64,000 bases of DNA, from NCBI GenBank assembly GCA_965285935.1, contig OZ260661.1, forward strand, positions 33,728,001-33,792,000, read 5' to 3'. The stretch comes from Ophelia neglecta. Taxonomy: Eukaryota. The translations under genes were made by a program, and so were the position numbers. Below the pieces are notes generated by a model. It had not been told where the DNA came from. It ran no database searches and saw only the letters and a list, made by a program, of their open reading frames with translations. Shown in pieces: positions 1 through 13,400 of the stretch; position 1 is the first letter of the stretch, and every line of letters starts with the position of its first letter.

Positions 1-751
1 TAACAGTCCCAATTTACTGGCTGTCACACAGGGCTGCCTTTGTTAATGAAGTGACAGCAATCGTACAGTCTACGGAATTCAATCTAATGAGATTTTATAA
101 CTTTTTATAACTTTCGATTTCAGGCCATAATAGTGTAGCGACATAACATTCGACTGTGTCATATAAGCCATACATTTTCTGCGGTATCAAAAGGTGTTTA
201 TAAGCTACATCATTTATGCTTATCAAATCAGAGGCGAATCATATCCACAACATGCAGATAAATGTATTCAAATGATATGGGGCCTTTCGTAGTGAATGGA
301 ACCGATATTTATTGATTCTTTCCAAAATACATGATATTATACCTAGCAATAAACATTGTAAACTTGTAAAATGTACTGTTCTTAGAACCTCAGAAGCAGT
401 TATGTATTTAATTTGGTTCCGATTTTAAATCCTATCGTACCAAAAATGATGCACACAATTTTTTGTTCGCCGGATCAACATAGCTAAGAAGTGGCTCGAC
501 TCTCCGAGATGCAAAACGGCCAGTGTTCTGCACAACATCATAAATGGGTCTTTCATTTTAGAGGGGTTGAATTGAAAACGAAGTAAACGAGGTATTTGCA
601 ACGTTTTTGTTGTCACGATTTGTAACATATAGTTTTAATACTCGAGAGCCATCGTGAAGATAGTCTAGAGCTTACTTAAGAAAGCCTGTTCAATGCCTTG
701 AATAAGTTAGTCTCTTGGCATTTCAAACGTATGTAGTAGCCAAATTGACGC

Positions 752-870
752 AGCCAATGGAGCGCGTTGGCACTGAGAGTATTTACATTGAATGGAGCCA
801 ATTTAGAATTTAGCCAATTGGTGTTTAACCAACAGGGTGGTGAATGAAAATGGAAGTGAACATCCGGCAC
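752..870 (+). promoter_or_regulatory. Cluster of CCAAT boxes plus an ETS-like site
   Basis: AGCCAAT at 752, 796 and 812; GGAAGTG at 852. Lies just upstream of a hAT-like relic. Confidence 0.35.
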
Positions 871-1049
871 ATTAAATAAAATGGATGTTTGAGAACAATA
901 TCATTAAACCTGTGTCAAACCGGAAGAAACCAAGCAGCGAGCATAATAAGTGGTAGCACTTATTCTTCATACATCTTGTGACTGAGGTTTAGCTTATTAT
1001 TTTGAACTCGCCACCAATTTGTGGCAGTTTATGAAATTTGCCAATAAAT

Positions 1050-1900
1050 AGGACGATAATAAAGAAAAATGAAAGCATTGAGCATTGGTTGTTTTTCTTT
1101 ATGTAGCAAAGACTTATTCGTTAGAGCTTGCCCTATCACAAACAAGACAATGAATGGCACAAGCAATTTAAGCTACTGTATATCCAAAAAATGCATGAAA
1201 AAAAGAAGAAGGCCACAAACTTGTCCGTCATTGCTGGTGAATTGAGCTGGGTACCTTAAAAAGTGCAATCTACAATCTCAGAGAACGTTATTAGCAAGAA
1301 ACTTCAGGGGCACTCATGTTGAAATGAGCTGAAACTATGCAGTTGATTGGCAGCAAACAAAAACTCTTCATCTTGGCTGCTGTTTATTCATACAAATACT
1401 GGAAACATCTTCATTAACCGGATGCTTAACCATGTATTTCACTTTAAAGATGAACTTTGACATTCTTCAAAATGGGTTTTAAAACGAGTAAAATAGTCCT
1501 ATCATCTTAATGTTTGAAATGAGTTTCTCTTATTTTTAGGGACTGAACCCTTAATTTTTCCTGCTTAAGAGACCAATTAAAAAGGATGCAAGTGGAACGG
1601 AATTCAAGACCAGTGTATTAAGATTTGTCAAAGTTATAAACTATGCTTTAGGAAGACATGGCAGTTTTGAAGAATGTACATGCCACATAACATCGAAGTG
1701 TCATAATTATTATCGATAGTAATAGTACTTTTCATCTTAATCGAATGGTTTAAAAACCGACGGGTGATTTGGAATTGGATAACACTTTGGGGTTCCTAAA
1801 AATAAGACTTTAGACTTCGGCTGCTGACGGTCTTTAAATTTTAAAGTTTTAGATTTCTTATTTTGCAACAGTTCGCACCCATCCATGTGGAAATCAACTG
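1050..1900 (+). mobile_element. Highly decayed hAT (ZNF862-like) transposase relic
   Basis: Colinear frameshifted motifs: EHWL...LELAL at ~1080-1135 (cf. WLxxxHCxAHRLELA), LSVIAGEL, EFKTSV, and FS..N.LKTD at ~1729-1761 (cf. hAT C-terminal FSxxNxIKTDxR). Confidence 0.35.
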
Positions 1901-4900
1901 CCATACCGGTATTTGGCTTTATATGTAGGACTGATTCAGCAGTGCAGCTCATTTTGATTGTCCGACGATAAGTAAAATCCTCATTGAAACATATTGAACG
2001 TACACTACATCGACTGAAATTGGTGCAAATAATTATGTTAATCTTATGAGAATTAAGTTTTTATCTGGAAAGTTATAATGAAGGAGGAGACTCATTGATT
2101 TGTAGCGCTAGCTTAGCGACCGAATCAAACTATCTGCTCATAATCGCAAGCCGAAACGAAACACATTTGTAATAAACCAATTTTACCACGTCCTTTTACA
2201 GCTTTATTTCTCCATGCATCTATCTGTTTTGCCAAAGACCTTACACTTTTTCTAATTTATATGTCAGCTAATAAAATAAATGCCATTTAAACGGATGTTG
2301 CCAACCGTTGGCAGACAGTCGTGGTACCGAGAACTTCCTATTTGTGCCAGGTGGTATACCTGACCCATGTATTAAAGGTCAATTACCATGATGCATGTAG
2401 TTAGAGGTATACGGTCTGCCTATAAAGCACCGTTTACATACTTCTATTTTCTATTTTGCTCCTTACTAATGGCATTGAAGTAAAATAGCTCAACTGGGGG
2501 GGGGGGGGGGTTGTCAGTATTATCTTTGAGTGTCCATTGCATTTTTGTCCGTATGCCATATGTGTTGTTTTGATGGCACGCTCCCCTGCGTGCAAAAGCG
2601 TTCCCCACTTGTATAGTGAAAACATTGACTCCTCGACCATTTCAATCCAAGTCCGTAGATTACAGATAACGGGAGAGGAATCCATTCATACAGAAGCAGA
2701 AAAGCGATGTTTGTATTAATTTCGGACCGATTAAGTAGACTACAGTTAATGAATGGCTCTTCCGTTTAGGCATGGATCCACTGCCGTTCTCAATTTTAAT
2801 ACTCTTATTGTTTTGAGTAAGTTATACTTGACAGGATTACCTAAGAAAGTGCGGACTAATGCAGCGACATGACAGTTTGCCACAAGTTTGGACAATTTTG
2901 CTTTCTGAAAATTAATCAGAGATGACAGAGAAGTTGATATGCCAGCTCAAATTGTGTAAATAAGATATGCCCTGGAATGTCTAGCTGGGTAGTATGGAAC
3001 TATTTTCTTGAATGGTATCAGGGCTAATTATGCCCAATGCAAATGATCCTGGCGCAATCTGTGTACTAAAACATAAAGCAATATGTGATGAAATTACCTT
3101 CAGCAATAAGGCTTGAAAATAACGACGAAAATTCATAGGGTGCCAGTTACCGGAAGGATCTTACCTAATTATATGTCGGTACACTTTTCTCGTGTGTTAA
3201 GTTATGGTCTAGCTGCTTAGTGCCATGCTGTTTATCTGCCTACTTGAGTATGCATTACCTATGCCTAAAGCTGTTCCACTCAAAACAGCTTTAGGATTTT
3301 GATTTAATACAGTGTTTCGTAGGCTTGACGGGGGTAAAATCTGAGATTTTAACATAACACCAGAATTGAAAAACCCGATTCCCATCACTAGTCCCTAACC
3401 ATGAAAAGAACCGCAACCCCCCATACCGCACCTTTCTGTAGTTATTAGACTGCATACGCTACAGAAATGTTCGCGCCATATATCTAGCAAAGTTGCCCCT
3501 TCTTCTGGCAAATGTTCTTTGACACAAATGTATATCATTGATTCGATGATAGTATTGTTTAGTGTATTATCGAACCATAGTTATAACTTTGGTAACAAAG
3601 CCAAAGAGTTGCAGCTGAAACTATATATTTGCCGAAGTTTATAATTATGTTCTTTGATTAGAGCACTGTCGTGGGTTGACGTTTATTCCAATCAACTGAC
3701 ACAATTGCAAATGGGAGTGGTTACTCATCTCTATAAATGGACGTGGATATCCGGCAATCAACGCGAAATAAGTAGTCGGAAATGGAGAAACGTCAGGTTA
3801 AGAGATGAACGACCTTTTAAATCGGCGGGAAGAAGGTCCAATCGCTCTTAATCACAATATAAACAAAAGGTTGTTTCGGGTTTTTTTTTAAAGCAAAGTA
3901 ATTTGTAACACGTTTGCCTTATTTACCGATATTCATTTTACATTTTCTTATCTAATATAAACATTAAAGTTGCACATTGGGCAATATGCAGCTTTCATTT
4001 TGCAGAACCAGGTTCACTCGAGAGAAAATAAACTAGCAACCTCCGGCCATTTTAGACGGATGCTGTTTATGTTATTTAGTATGTATAAACCGCCGAATGT
4101 GGTCACTGAATAGTCAATATGCAGATTATTTATCCCATTCCATGTAGATACGCGCTAAGGCCCCCTACTTCCCATGAAATTGTCTACTATGATTTGTCGT
4201 TATGCAAACCTAATAGTACAAGTTAACAAGCTTTGAGGGGGCATGGCAGGACTGGTTACCATACTGTTGACCCCGTCCTGAGTTAAATGGGTCTTTATAT
4301 GGCCCAGGACAAATAGCGGGCCTCCTACTCATCAACGCTTGATTTATTTCATTACCATATCGATGGGTGCTTTCCAACATTTTCATTCAATTGCTTGCAA
4401 TAACCCATACAGACTGTCACTCGGTATGAACATTTGGGCACATCAGAAATATTAATTTACATGGAAATACTGCAGCAAAAGTACACTTGTATGTAGAGGC
4501 CTTTAACTTCATCAGTAAAATTGTGTTGAATATTGCTCATTTATCCTCTTGGGTTTTTGTTTAGTCAGAATCCTAGTTATGAAAAATGCAGGTTGTGTTA
4601 ATTATATTTGAAAGGCAATCGCATAGTTCAGGTCATAAATAGTAAGTTATGATTTGCATCAGTAGAACGCCCGTCTACGGCATTAGGAACATCTACTCGT
4701 ATAATCCAAAACGGATTGGAACACAACAGGCCTTAGGGTAAAATATAGAATTCACGATTCATGGAAAATGTGTTGGCATCAAACTGTGCATTGAAACAGT
4801 CGGAACATCTTATTTGATAGTAGTTAGATAATTTCTTCTCCGGTCATACTTCTTTTACCCCTTTTATGAAAAAGACCCATAAACGCCAAAGAAATATGTG

Positions 4901-6869
4901 ACCAATTATATCCTTGGATGTTTGAGGTACTGAATAGGCCGCAAAACAATTGATAACCTTTCTTTTTAAGCACACATTAAGATGGGTATTGCTGTTAGAA
5001 ATAGCCCCCAATCAAATAGTTCTCACCCAGTTTTCAATTGTTTCTATAGTACGTCTTGTTTCCCGTCTTATATGTTTAGTTTTTAACATACGCGCTAAAT
5101 GCTAAATGTGCTGTCATATGGCTTATGGGAACCACTTCTCCCATTCAATAACATAACGATGAAGGTAAGGAGTATACATTACCACATCGGATATATAGTT
5201 TAGATTAGTTTTATTAAGGTTACATATACTTAAAATCAAGACATAACTAGATCGTTAAATGTTTTATAACGAGGTCTTGTGCGTGCGACAAGTGTTTTTC
5301 ACAGCGATAAACAGTGATACAACCCTTCGCCTGAAAGAGAATCAAGCAAGCTTAGATTCAAAATCTAGGCGTAATGCATCCACTTTTGAGAAGCTGCACC
5401 TCGCATATAATGCATATTCTTTATAGACGGTTATTTTAGGGCCCATTACGGTTTGCCGTTGGTTAAATTAGGCAGCTCCAGAAGACCTTAGAATGTTTTT
5501 TTTCGTCGCAGCAGGATCGGTCGAGCGTCAGGGTGTTTAAATACCTGAGTTGAGTGACATTTTATCCATATTTGGAAACAGAAACCAATCTGTCTGCTTC
5601 ATAGTCTCATGTGGAATTAGGAAGCAATGCCTTTTAATTGAGGCTGTTTAAAATTTATGCCCTTGATGGGATTTTTCAGTTGTAGGTGTATCAAAAATGC
5701 CCCTTGGGGATGTTTGCTAGGGGATACAATTAACAAGTTCCATTTTCTTGGTCTGTGCTTGTCAATAATAAATAAATTTAGTGTACCCCCTAGCAACAAG
5801 AAAGAACGAGTTTCCTTCCTGTGTCAGCAACATGCCAGTGCCCAAACCAGAAACGGGTCAAATACTTAGACACTTACTGTAAAGGACTAAATAAACATTT
5901 TTCCTTAGAGACGACCGTTTTTTGTTTTACTTAGGCCATAACGTGTTGCTTTGGAATGTTTTACAATTGGATAAGTTTTAAATGAGCGTCAAGGTGCGTG
6001 CGACAGCCACCATTTTTATTGGTGGATTTTGTTGATTCGCCAAGGATGAACAGGGCCCTGGAAATTCCCCGAGAATCTCTTCGGGCCCTTCCACAATGGT
6101 CAGTTTCTTAGATACGTCACAGAACAAAGCGCCTGGTCCTGGATTATATATGGATAATTATAATAATATGGCATCTTCCGAAAAACCTAACGCAATTGTA
6201 GTGCTAGGATTTGCCATGAAAAAGTGGCGATATTTTGATTCAACAAGTATAACTGCAACATACGATGTTATTAAGCGTGAAGCATACGCCCTCGGCCCAA
6301 GCGCTAGGAAAATGGAAAACAGAATAAATTCTTGGAAACCACGGTAGTACTCTGTGTTAAATAAATGAAAAGTTCAACCTACCAGGGAACAGTCTAAAAT
6401 TGAGAGTCAGCAATAATTTTTACACTCTCTATGTGCGGGTGGGGATCATTTATAAGATTGCACAAGTCATTGCGTGTTATACCTGGATGAATGGTTGGAT
6501 TTCAAAAATGCCCCTTATAACCGAATCTAGGGCTACTTGTCCTTTGTTGAATTCGGACGGAAAAGAACAAGTAACAAAGTAACAAAGGCCACAATTCCCA
6601 AAGTATATATCCTGTATATATTCGGAATGTGAACATTAAGGAATGGAGAGTATCCTTTTGAAAAATCGAAATCATATTTTGCCTGATAAGAGAACCCAAA
6701 TAAGCGCCAGCTATAGAGAGTGTCTTCTTAAGGTAGGAACCTTTGAAGGAAACATTCTGAAGGCTGCGCACCCTGAAGACAACTGAAAAATTAACAAGAC
6801 CTTCATTATTTACTTCTGAAAGTATACAAAATCAAATGTATTCAAATCATAATTACAAAAACCTCGAGA

Positions 6870-7215
6870 TATATTCAAGAGCATATGCCGCAGCCCAGAT
6901 ATCCGATGTTTTAATGAGTTAATTCGTGATGACCACACCCGTCCCCTCAGGCACAAGGATAATAACTCCAAGTCTTGTCAGGAACTGCCCCAGGCACTGA
7001 AACCCCACACATAAACTCTAGAAACAAATTCACACCACGCGCCATAGTGGGCAATGTGTCTCACTTCGGGGTGCAAACAGACTTTACTCCCCGTTTCTCT
7101 GCATACTGTCCTAAGAAAATGTTGATTCAGGGGACTAGATATTCATACACACTGGGACTCTCATGGCTCTTGTCATGTCACCCAGTAGCTTAACTCGAGG
7201 TGTTTGGCTAAATTG
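6870..7215 (-). mobile_element. Candidate ancient SINE with a Deu/Nin-like central domain
   Basis: Four colinear short anchors on the minus strand resemble the Deu domain as I recall it: GAGCCATGAGAGT, TCCCCTGAA, GTGAGACACATTG, GGGGTTTCAGTGCCTGGGG. No clear tRNA head. Confidence 0.3.
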
Positions 7216-9169
7216 CTTAATCACACATTTAAATATGCCAATCATTGTTGATAAAATGGCTAGCTTGTAAGTCCATATATCAAACGTTTATTCAAATCCG
7301 CCGATATCGGTACATCCTTCTTTGTGTTCGGGACTGATCTTCATATCATGGTAGGCAACACACAAAATCACAATATTTGGTTTTAACTGTCATTATACGG
7401 GGAAAGTTCCTTGATTATTCACATCAGGATATACCTTTGGCTTTGACTAAGACACTGCCGTCAGCTTGGTATTACTGGTAACTTTGTTCACGTTTTCATG
7501 AAAAAGTACGAGAGTGATCTTTTATGTATTGTCTGCCCAAGAGGAAAATACTAACTTTATTTCTGAGAGTAAACAGAAGTGTCACGTTTTGTTTTTATAT
7601 AACCCTTCATAACTGCATTTACGTGTGATTCTTTGCTGCAATTTACTAACGCAATAATGCCGTGCCTCACCAGCCATAGAGACCCGATTGCAAGGTTACT
7701 TGATGTATGCAACTTACAGTAGTGCCCTTTCATAGTTGTTATAAATGAGAATGGGGTCCCCGTACGGGTGGTGTAGTTGCTGGTGCGTAGGTCACGGCTA
7801 TATAATTCTATAGTGGGATGAATCATGCTCAACTTTCGAGATTGCAAAGTTTTATACCCGGCACCATTAATAAAATAAGTTTCGTTGAAAAGAAAAAGAA
7901 ATTAGCACTTTCAGTTTAAATTATAACAACGTTAAACTACAACAAATCTATCAATTACTTGATTATCTGCCCTTTCGCAATATTTGAATGGGACGATGAA
8001 AGCAAAATAAACGTTTCAGTAAATAATGGTATTGTGATATGCACTCTCAATAGAACACGTCCCAAAGTAGGTGGAAACTTATGCAAATCGTTAGTGCATA
8101 TGAAAAACAACACAAATTTAATTGAAATCGTAATCATCTTATCGTAATTGGATCATATACCATTGGTGCAATCCAAAATCTGAAATCAGGAATTATCCAG
8201 TAGAGATGCCCGAATTCATCGGAAACTTCCGCCAAGACAAGGATCCAGCTACAGCTCTGAATATTAACATGATGGCACAGATTGAATACAAATTGAAATT
8301 GTAATAAGAAATAGTCAATATGTTAATGATATCAGTTAAACGGCAGAACAAACGAGTCAGTAGTTAATGGTAAAAAGCATGATTTAAGTTTATGTTAAAC
8401 TCAATGCGAATGATCCCTTTCACCCATTACTAATAAGATGTTTACGCTGATGTCACTGAAGTATTGCGAGGACAAAGGCATATATGCAACATACGATGAC
8501 GTGGCGGTAATCTCCCTTAGCCATACAGATTAATTGAATACGCTGTTATTGTTTGTGTCTGCATAGCAGCAAAATTGATAACAGATTAAAATTGTACTTT
8601 TTAAATTACTGGTTTACATGATTATGCATAATGCGTATACATAATGTTATTCAGTTACAATAATGCTATGAAGACAAATGATTGCGCTACACCGAAGCAA
8701 CCGACCCAGTGTGTACACATTTTCGATGTTAACGAAATACAAAAAATAAGTAAGTTGGCATTATATATTTAAAAAAAACCTACAGCTACAGTTGCGCGGT
8801 TTTATGTATCCAAATTAGAAATACGCCATTCCTTATATGAATGTATTTGTTCCATCCATGAGGATCTGAGCTAATACTGATTCAAGCCACCATAATATGC
8901 TCTAATGTAGATTCTAATAAACGTATGTAGTGATTAAAGTTGCTTTCGTTAACAGAATGGTGTATAACGTCGTGGCGGTTAACAATTTTTTTCTGATACG
9001 CGGCAGAATATGCAATCGTTCTCTCATATATGTTTATAGCTGTTTAGCTGTCAGATTAATTTTTTTTAATTAGGTTGTTTCCGGTTTGATAGGAATTACC
9101 GGATGCGATTTCCGTTTATTTGATTCATGAATAAATCGTTTTAACAACACTGTTGTGAGCAATTCTTTA

Positions 9170-10440
9170 CCCCCAATATCTATGAAGTTGTTAAATACGC
9201 ATTGGAAATTTGCCAACATGAACCACCATGGATTGTTTAATAATGTTTAAACATCAATTTCTAGTGAGAATCTTTAAACGGCATACAAAGCTAGTCTGCT
9301 GTTAATACATGCTTCGTTCCATGTATTCTATCTTAATTCTAAGTGACATTTTTCAGTCACGGCGTAGGGTTTTTAATTTGGCGAAGATGCCACTGTTCTG
9401 TATTTGGTCTTCCATTACCACCATATGATGTCCTGCAGTCCTTTTTCGCTCATGGTTTGTATATCACAACTTCGCACACGGTCTTTTTGTTTATCTTCAT
9501 TTTATGTTCATTGATGATATAAACCATCCTATACATTGTGTATAGAAAATAAAATTAATATCAAAATATCCTTAGCTGTTTTTGTGGATTGCCCGAGTAC
9601 CAATCTAATCAGCTTGCACTCTTTCGCCCTACTCTTTCTTTTAATTTGAAAAAGCTAGTACAGGAACCACGTTGGCCTGTTACTTGTGTTACTTTGTTGG
9701 TAACTTAACGGAGGAATTGTCACCAATATCATTGTTACTAGTATCATTGTTCTTTATCATTTACTATAAAGGAAGCTTTTGGTTCGATATTCCCTATTGG
9801 TTACTCTTCCCTGAAAGATTCTTAAGAAAACTTAACATCGATAATTGAGCAAATATTGCTTACTTACTTAGCTTTATATAAAATTTCACACAAAAGACTG
9901 TTTATCACACTGTGCCCAATAATTAATATCTGTATTTTGAACAGAAAAAAATATTCCTTTGTCAAGTTGTTGTTATAGATAACTTTTGAAGTTCCGTTTG
10001 TTTTGGTTTTAAGACACTTGATTAAAGGTTCCTGTTTCCAAGAAAGACAGGTGGTCGTCAACAACTAAGAACTAATATTTAGTCACAAACGGGTAAATCT
10101 GTCTTCGTTCTTTTCGCTACTGATACTTTCCCTTTATTAAAATAGATCGCTTCCCTTTCTCTCCGGTCAAATGGGTGTAACTATGTTTCCGCGGATTTCC
10201 TAGTTTTCTTCTAAACCATTTATCACAGTGGGGATCCAATTGTTTTTTCTCTGCTTTTCCTAGTGATTTCAAAGCTTTCAAAAAGGTCTGTCACAGCGGC
10301 CAGCACTACTGGCACTTTCACCTGAAATGCTCTACCTAAAAAAGTACCAATAATACATGAAATATTAAATTTTAACCACGCTAGGCTGGAAAAATAAGTC
10401 ATAAACAGGCATTTTCAGACACTGAGACTACAAGACACGT
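9170..10440 (-). mobile_element. Decayed 5' part of a LINE (ORF1 + AP endonuclease, CR1/L2-type)
   Basis: ORF1-like pieces VINGLEEN and KTNGTSKVIYNNNLTKE (cf. KLKGTxIYINEDLT). These are followed by APE-like VVMED(L)NTRT (cf. GDLNART), GKF and IDI in the expected order, with many frameshifts. Confidence 0.5.
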
Positions 10441-13400
10441 CCAAATTTGATCAAATTGAAAATTTGCTAATCTTAATTCCATTAAGATGTGGTTAGAGGC
10501 AAGCTCATTCATACTTGCATGCCGTGTGTTGTTTTATTATTTAAATGCAAAAAAAAAAGAACGGTTCCTTGTTCGCTTTGCCACTGTGGATCCAAGGATT
10601 AGTGGCAACCACAGCCCAAAGGATAATAAAACCAACTATCTTATCAGTAGCTCTGCACAACTGACCTTACAGTTTACAGTTGCTTGCCTTTTTCGCGAAG
10701 CTGACAAAGCGGTCAACACCGTTGACATATGCCTCATTTGAATGATTTTTCCATTGTCGGTTGTTCTCTGTGACCTTTTCAAAAATGTGTGCCAAGCTAT
10801 TTATTGAGAACCGGAGACAAGTAAATTGTTCCAGATGATAAGGGGGTGGGCCAACGTTGCCTTAATGCAATAAATACCTACAGTGAAGCAGCAGAGCAGT
10901 GACCATGAAAAGGAACTTGTTTCAATACATTCTATGGTTTAACGTAGAAAGGCACATGGTATAAATCCTGCTTGCTATTTGCAAGTTGGTACGTTTATGG
11001 ACTCATTGTGAACAACGCGCAGAAAAAAGCGTGTTGTTTATTATATGATGACCATTATGTGTTTCGAAATAGATTCATAAAAGATTCTATTGCATGTGTT
11101 TAAATGTCCCTCCAGTAAAGTTATTGGCTTATATCCGATCATTGCATCCTTACAACAATCCATGTTTTCTTACTTCCTTAGCTATAATAACCGGAATAAA
11201 AATGAATTGCTGGTAGCGAGTTGTTCAGAAGTAGTTTTTATTTTCGTAGATTACTTGCCTCAAGAATCAAATCAGAAGTTACGAAGGAGAAGCTGGAAGA
11301 ACAAATAACTTCATTAATGAGACAAAACAATCTGTCTTATAAGGGTGCGTGCAATCCGCAGATAAACCTTGTTTTATATTATTGGGGTCATGCAGCGGAT
11401 GTAAAGGACCCCAATGAATGAAGATATGTTTCAATGGCTATGAAATATTTATGCAGACCTAATAGATATTAATGTATTTTGCCAGTCAGCGAGAACACCT
11501 AGGACAAGCTGAAGACCACATACCCTTGCCGCGATTTTTCAAGGTGTTCAGATATTCAAATATAAACTTACTTTCATGCTCCTATGTGAATTGTAAAATG
11601 TGACAATTTCTTAATTTAAAGTTGGTGCTTATATTTTCTGTCTTACCGCTTTATTTGTACAGTGACTAGGCCTGGTAACTAAAAAAAAACGATAACCGAT
11701 ATTTTCTAAGAGGATCAGGTTTTTCAAAAAATTCCTGTCATGTAATATAAATGAGACATGAATACAAATTGGACACAAACACAAAAAAACTACCAGTCAC
11801 CACAGTTTCCCTGTCTTGCAAAACCTATTGGTTTGGCATAATTTGGAACAATTATCTTAGGAACTTTCATAGTGCGTCCTTCATATGTTGTAGGAAGCGA
11901 ATGTGAATATTTTTTGTAAACCACTGGGGCACAAATAATCTAAAATGACCTTTAACTGTATACACTCCCCGTAGTATATAACCTGCTACAATTTGGAAGT
12001 GAAAGCTTTGGTTTCCTAATGATACACTGTTAATTAGATGAGCTGTCCATGCAAAGTTGTTATGGGAGAGTAACCCAATGAATATTATAAGGACATTCTT
12101 GTTATTATATGGAGCGTTGTTTTTGACATTTTTTTTGTTGACATTATTTCATTAAAGGGTATATAACAAAAATGAAACAAGAATGTCTCTTGAGATTAAA
12201 ATAAATGAACTATAAACAGAAAGAGAACTTAAACCATCTACCAGGCTTTACCATGGGTTGCTCATTTTATTTAAAACCGCTTTATAATAAATGCTAGAAC
12301 GTGCTTGACAAAACGTATTCTATTTCCTTCAACTGGCTATCATCATACCAATCTCTAATAACATCAATTTTCAGAAGAAATCAACCGCATCCTACTGTGC
12401 CAGGTTCATTGATGGAGGCTGAACACCGAGCACGGTGACCCTCTTTCATTTTTAGGAGTTTGGTCTCCCAAATCAACCTAATTTTACACCATGCTTCAAA
12501 ATGAGGCACCTTCATAGGGTCGTGAATGAACAAATCCATATAAATCTCAGCGGGGATGGGTCGTGCCAGTTCAATGAGAAATCCCGGCGGAGTTTTGATA
12601 ACTGCTGATAGACGCCCAAATGAATCATTATATAGAATCGATTGCTTAATATTGGTACTCCTTAAGGGTCCGACTAGTCGATACGCCGGGTGTTCGTTCA
12701 CCTATCTTTCTGTTGGAAAGTTTATGACATTATTTTCATGACAATACATTTATATCACATTGTCTAGGAATGTCCATTTACTCGAGGCAGGACTCTAATT
12801 CATATTCTGAACCATGGAAACAATATTATGACAATAAGTAATTTAAAAAACACTATTTCAATGACAAAATAGTAAAATACCACAGCACGGACTAAATGCA
12901 TTGCCCTCAACGGCTCATACAGTTACGCTATACTTGTTTACGAAGATGATTCTAGCGATATGTATAATATATAACATCCAACTAATACCATGATTATAAT
13001 CCCAGTTTGATAAATGATTTATCCAGACAGTTTCAATGCACAAAGCCAGTAATCTGAGCTAACCAGATTGTGGCTGAATGAAAGAAACTCGGTTTTAACG
13101 TTAGATTAACATACAATCTTTCTATATATATTAAGTCATTGAATGCAATAAAGAGTCGATATGCTAAAAGGGGCAACTTATTTTGTTCAATTAATCAGAC
13201 ACATTTCAGTTTTATAGGCATTTAACCAGTCCCCCAATTAGAACTAGGGAAGAGTTGTGAATAAATGATGAGGAATATTATGGACCAAGCGTGGAGTTAA
13301 GACATGTTTTTTTGTAAGGCATCATTCGATAGTGCTGGTAAATTGAATGGAGCCGTGTTAAGCATATTAGGACTATATTCTCTGATCTGAACTTTCTTCA

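Noticed and set aside
12381-12701. 106-aa minus-strand ORF
   Set aside because: Non-ATG start, no recognisable domain, no convincing pair of splice sites.
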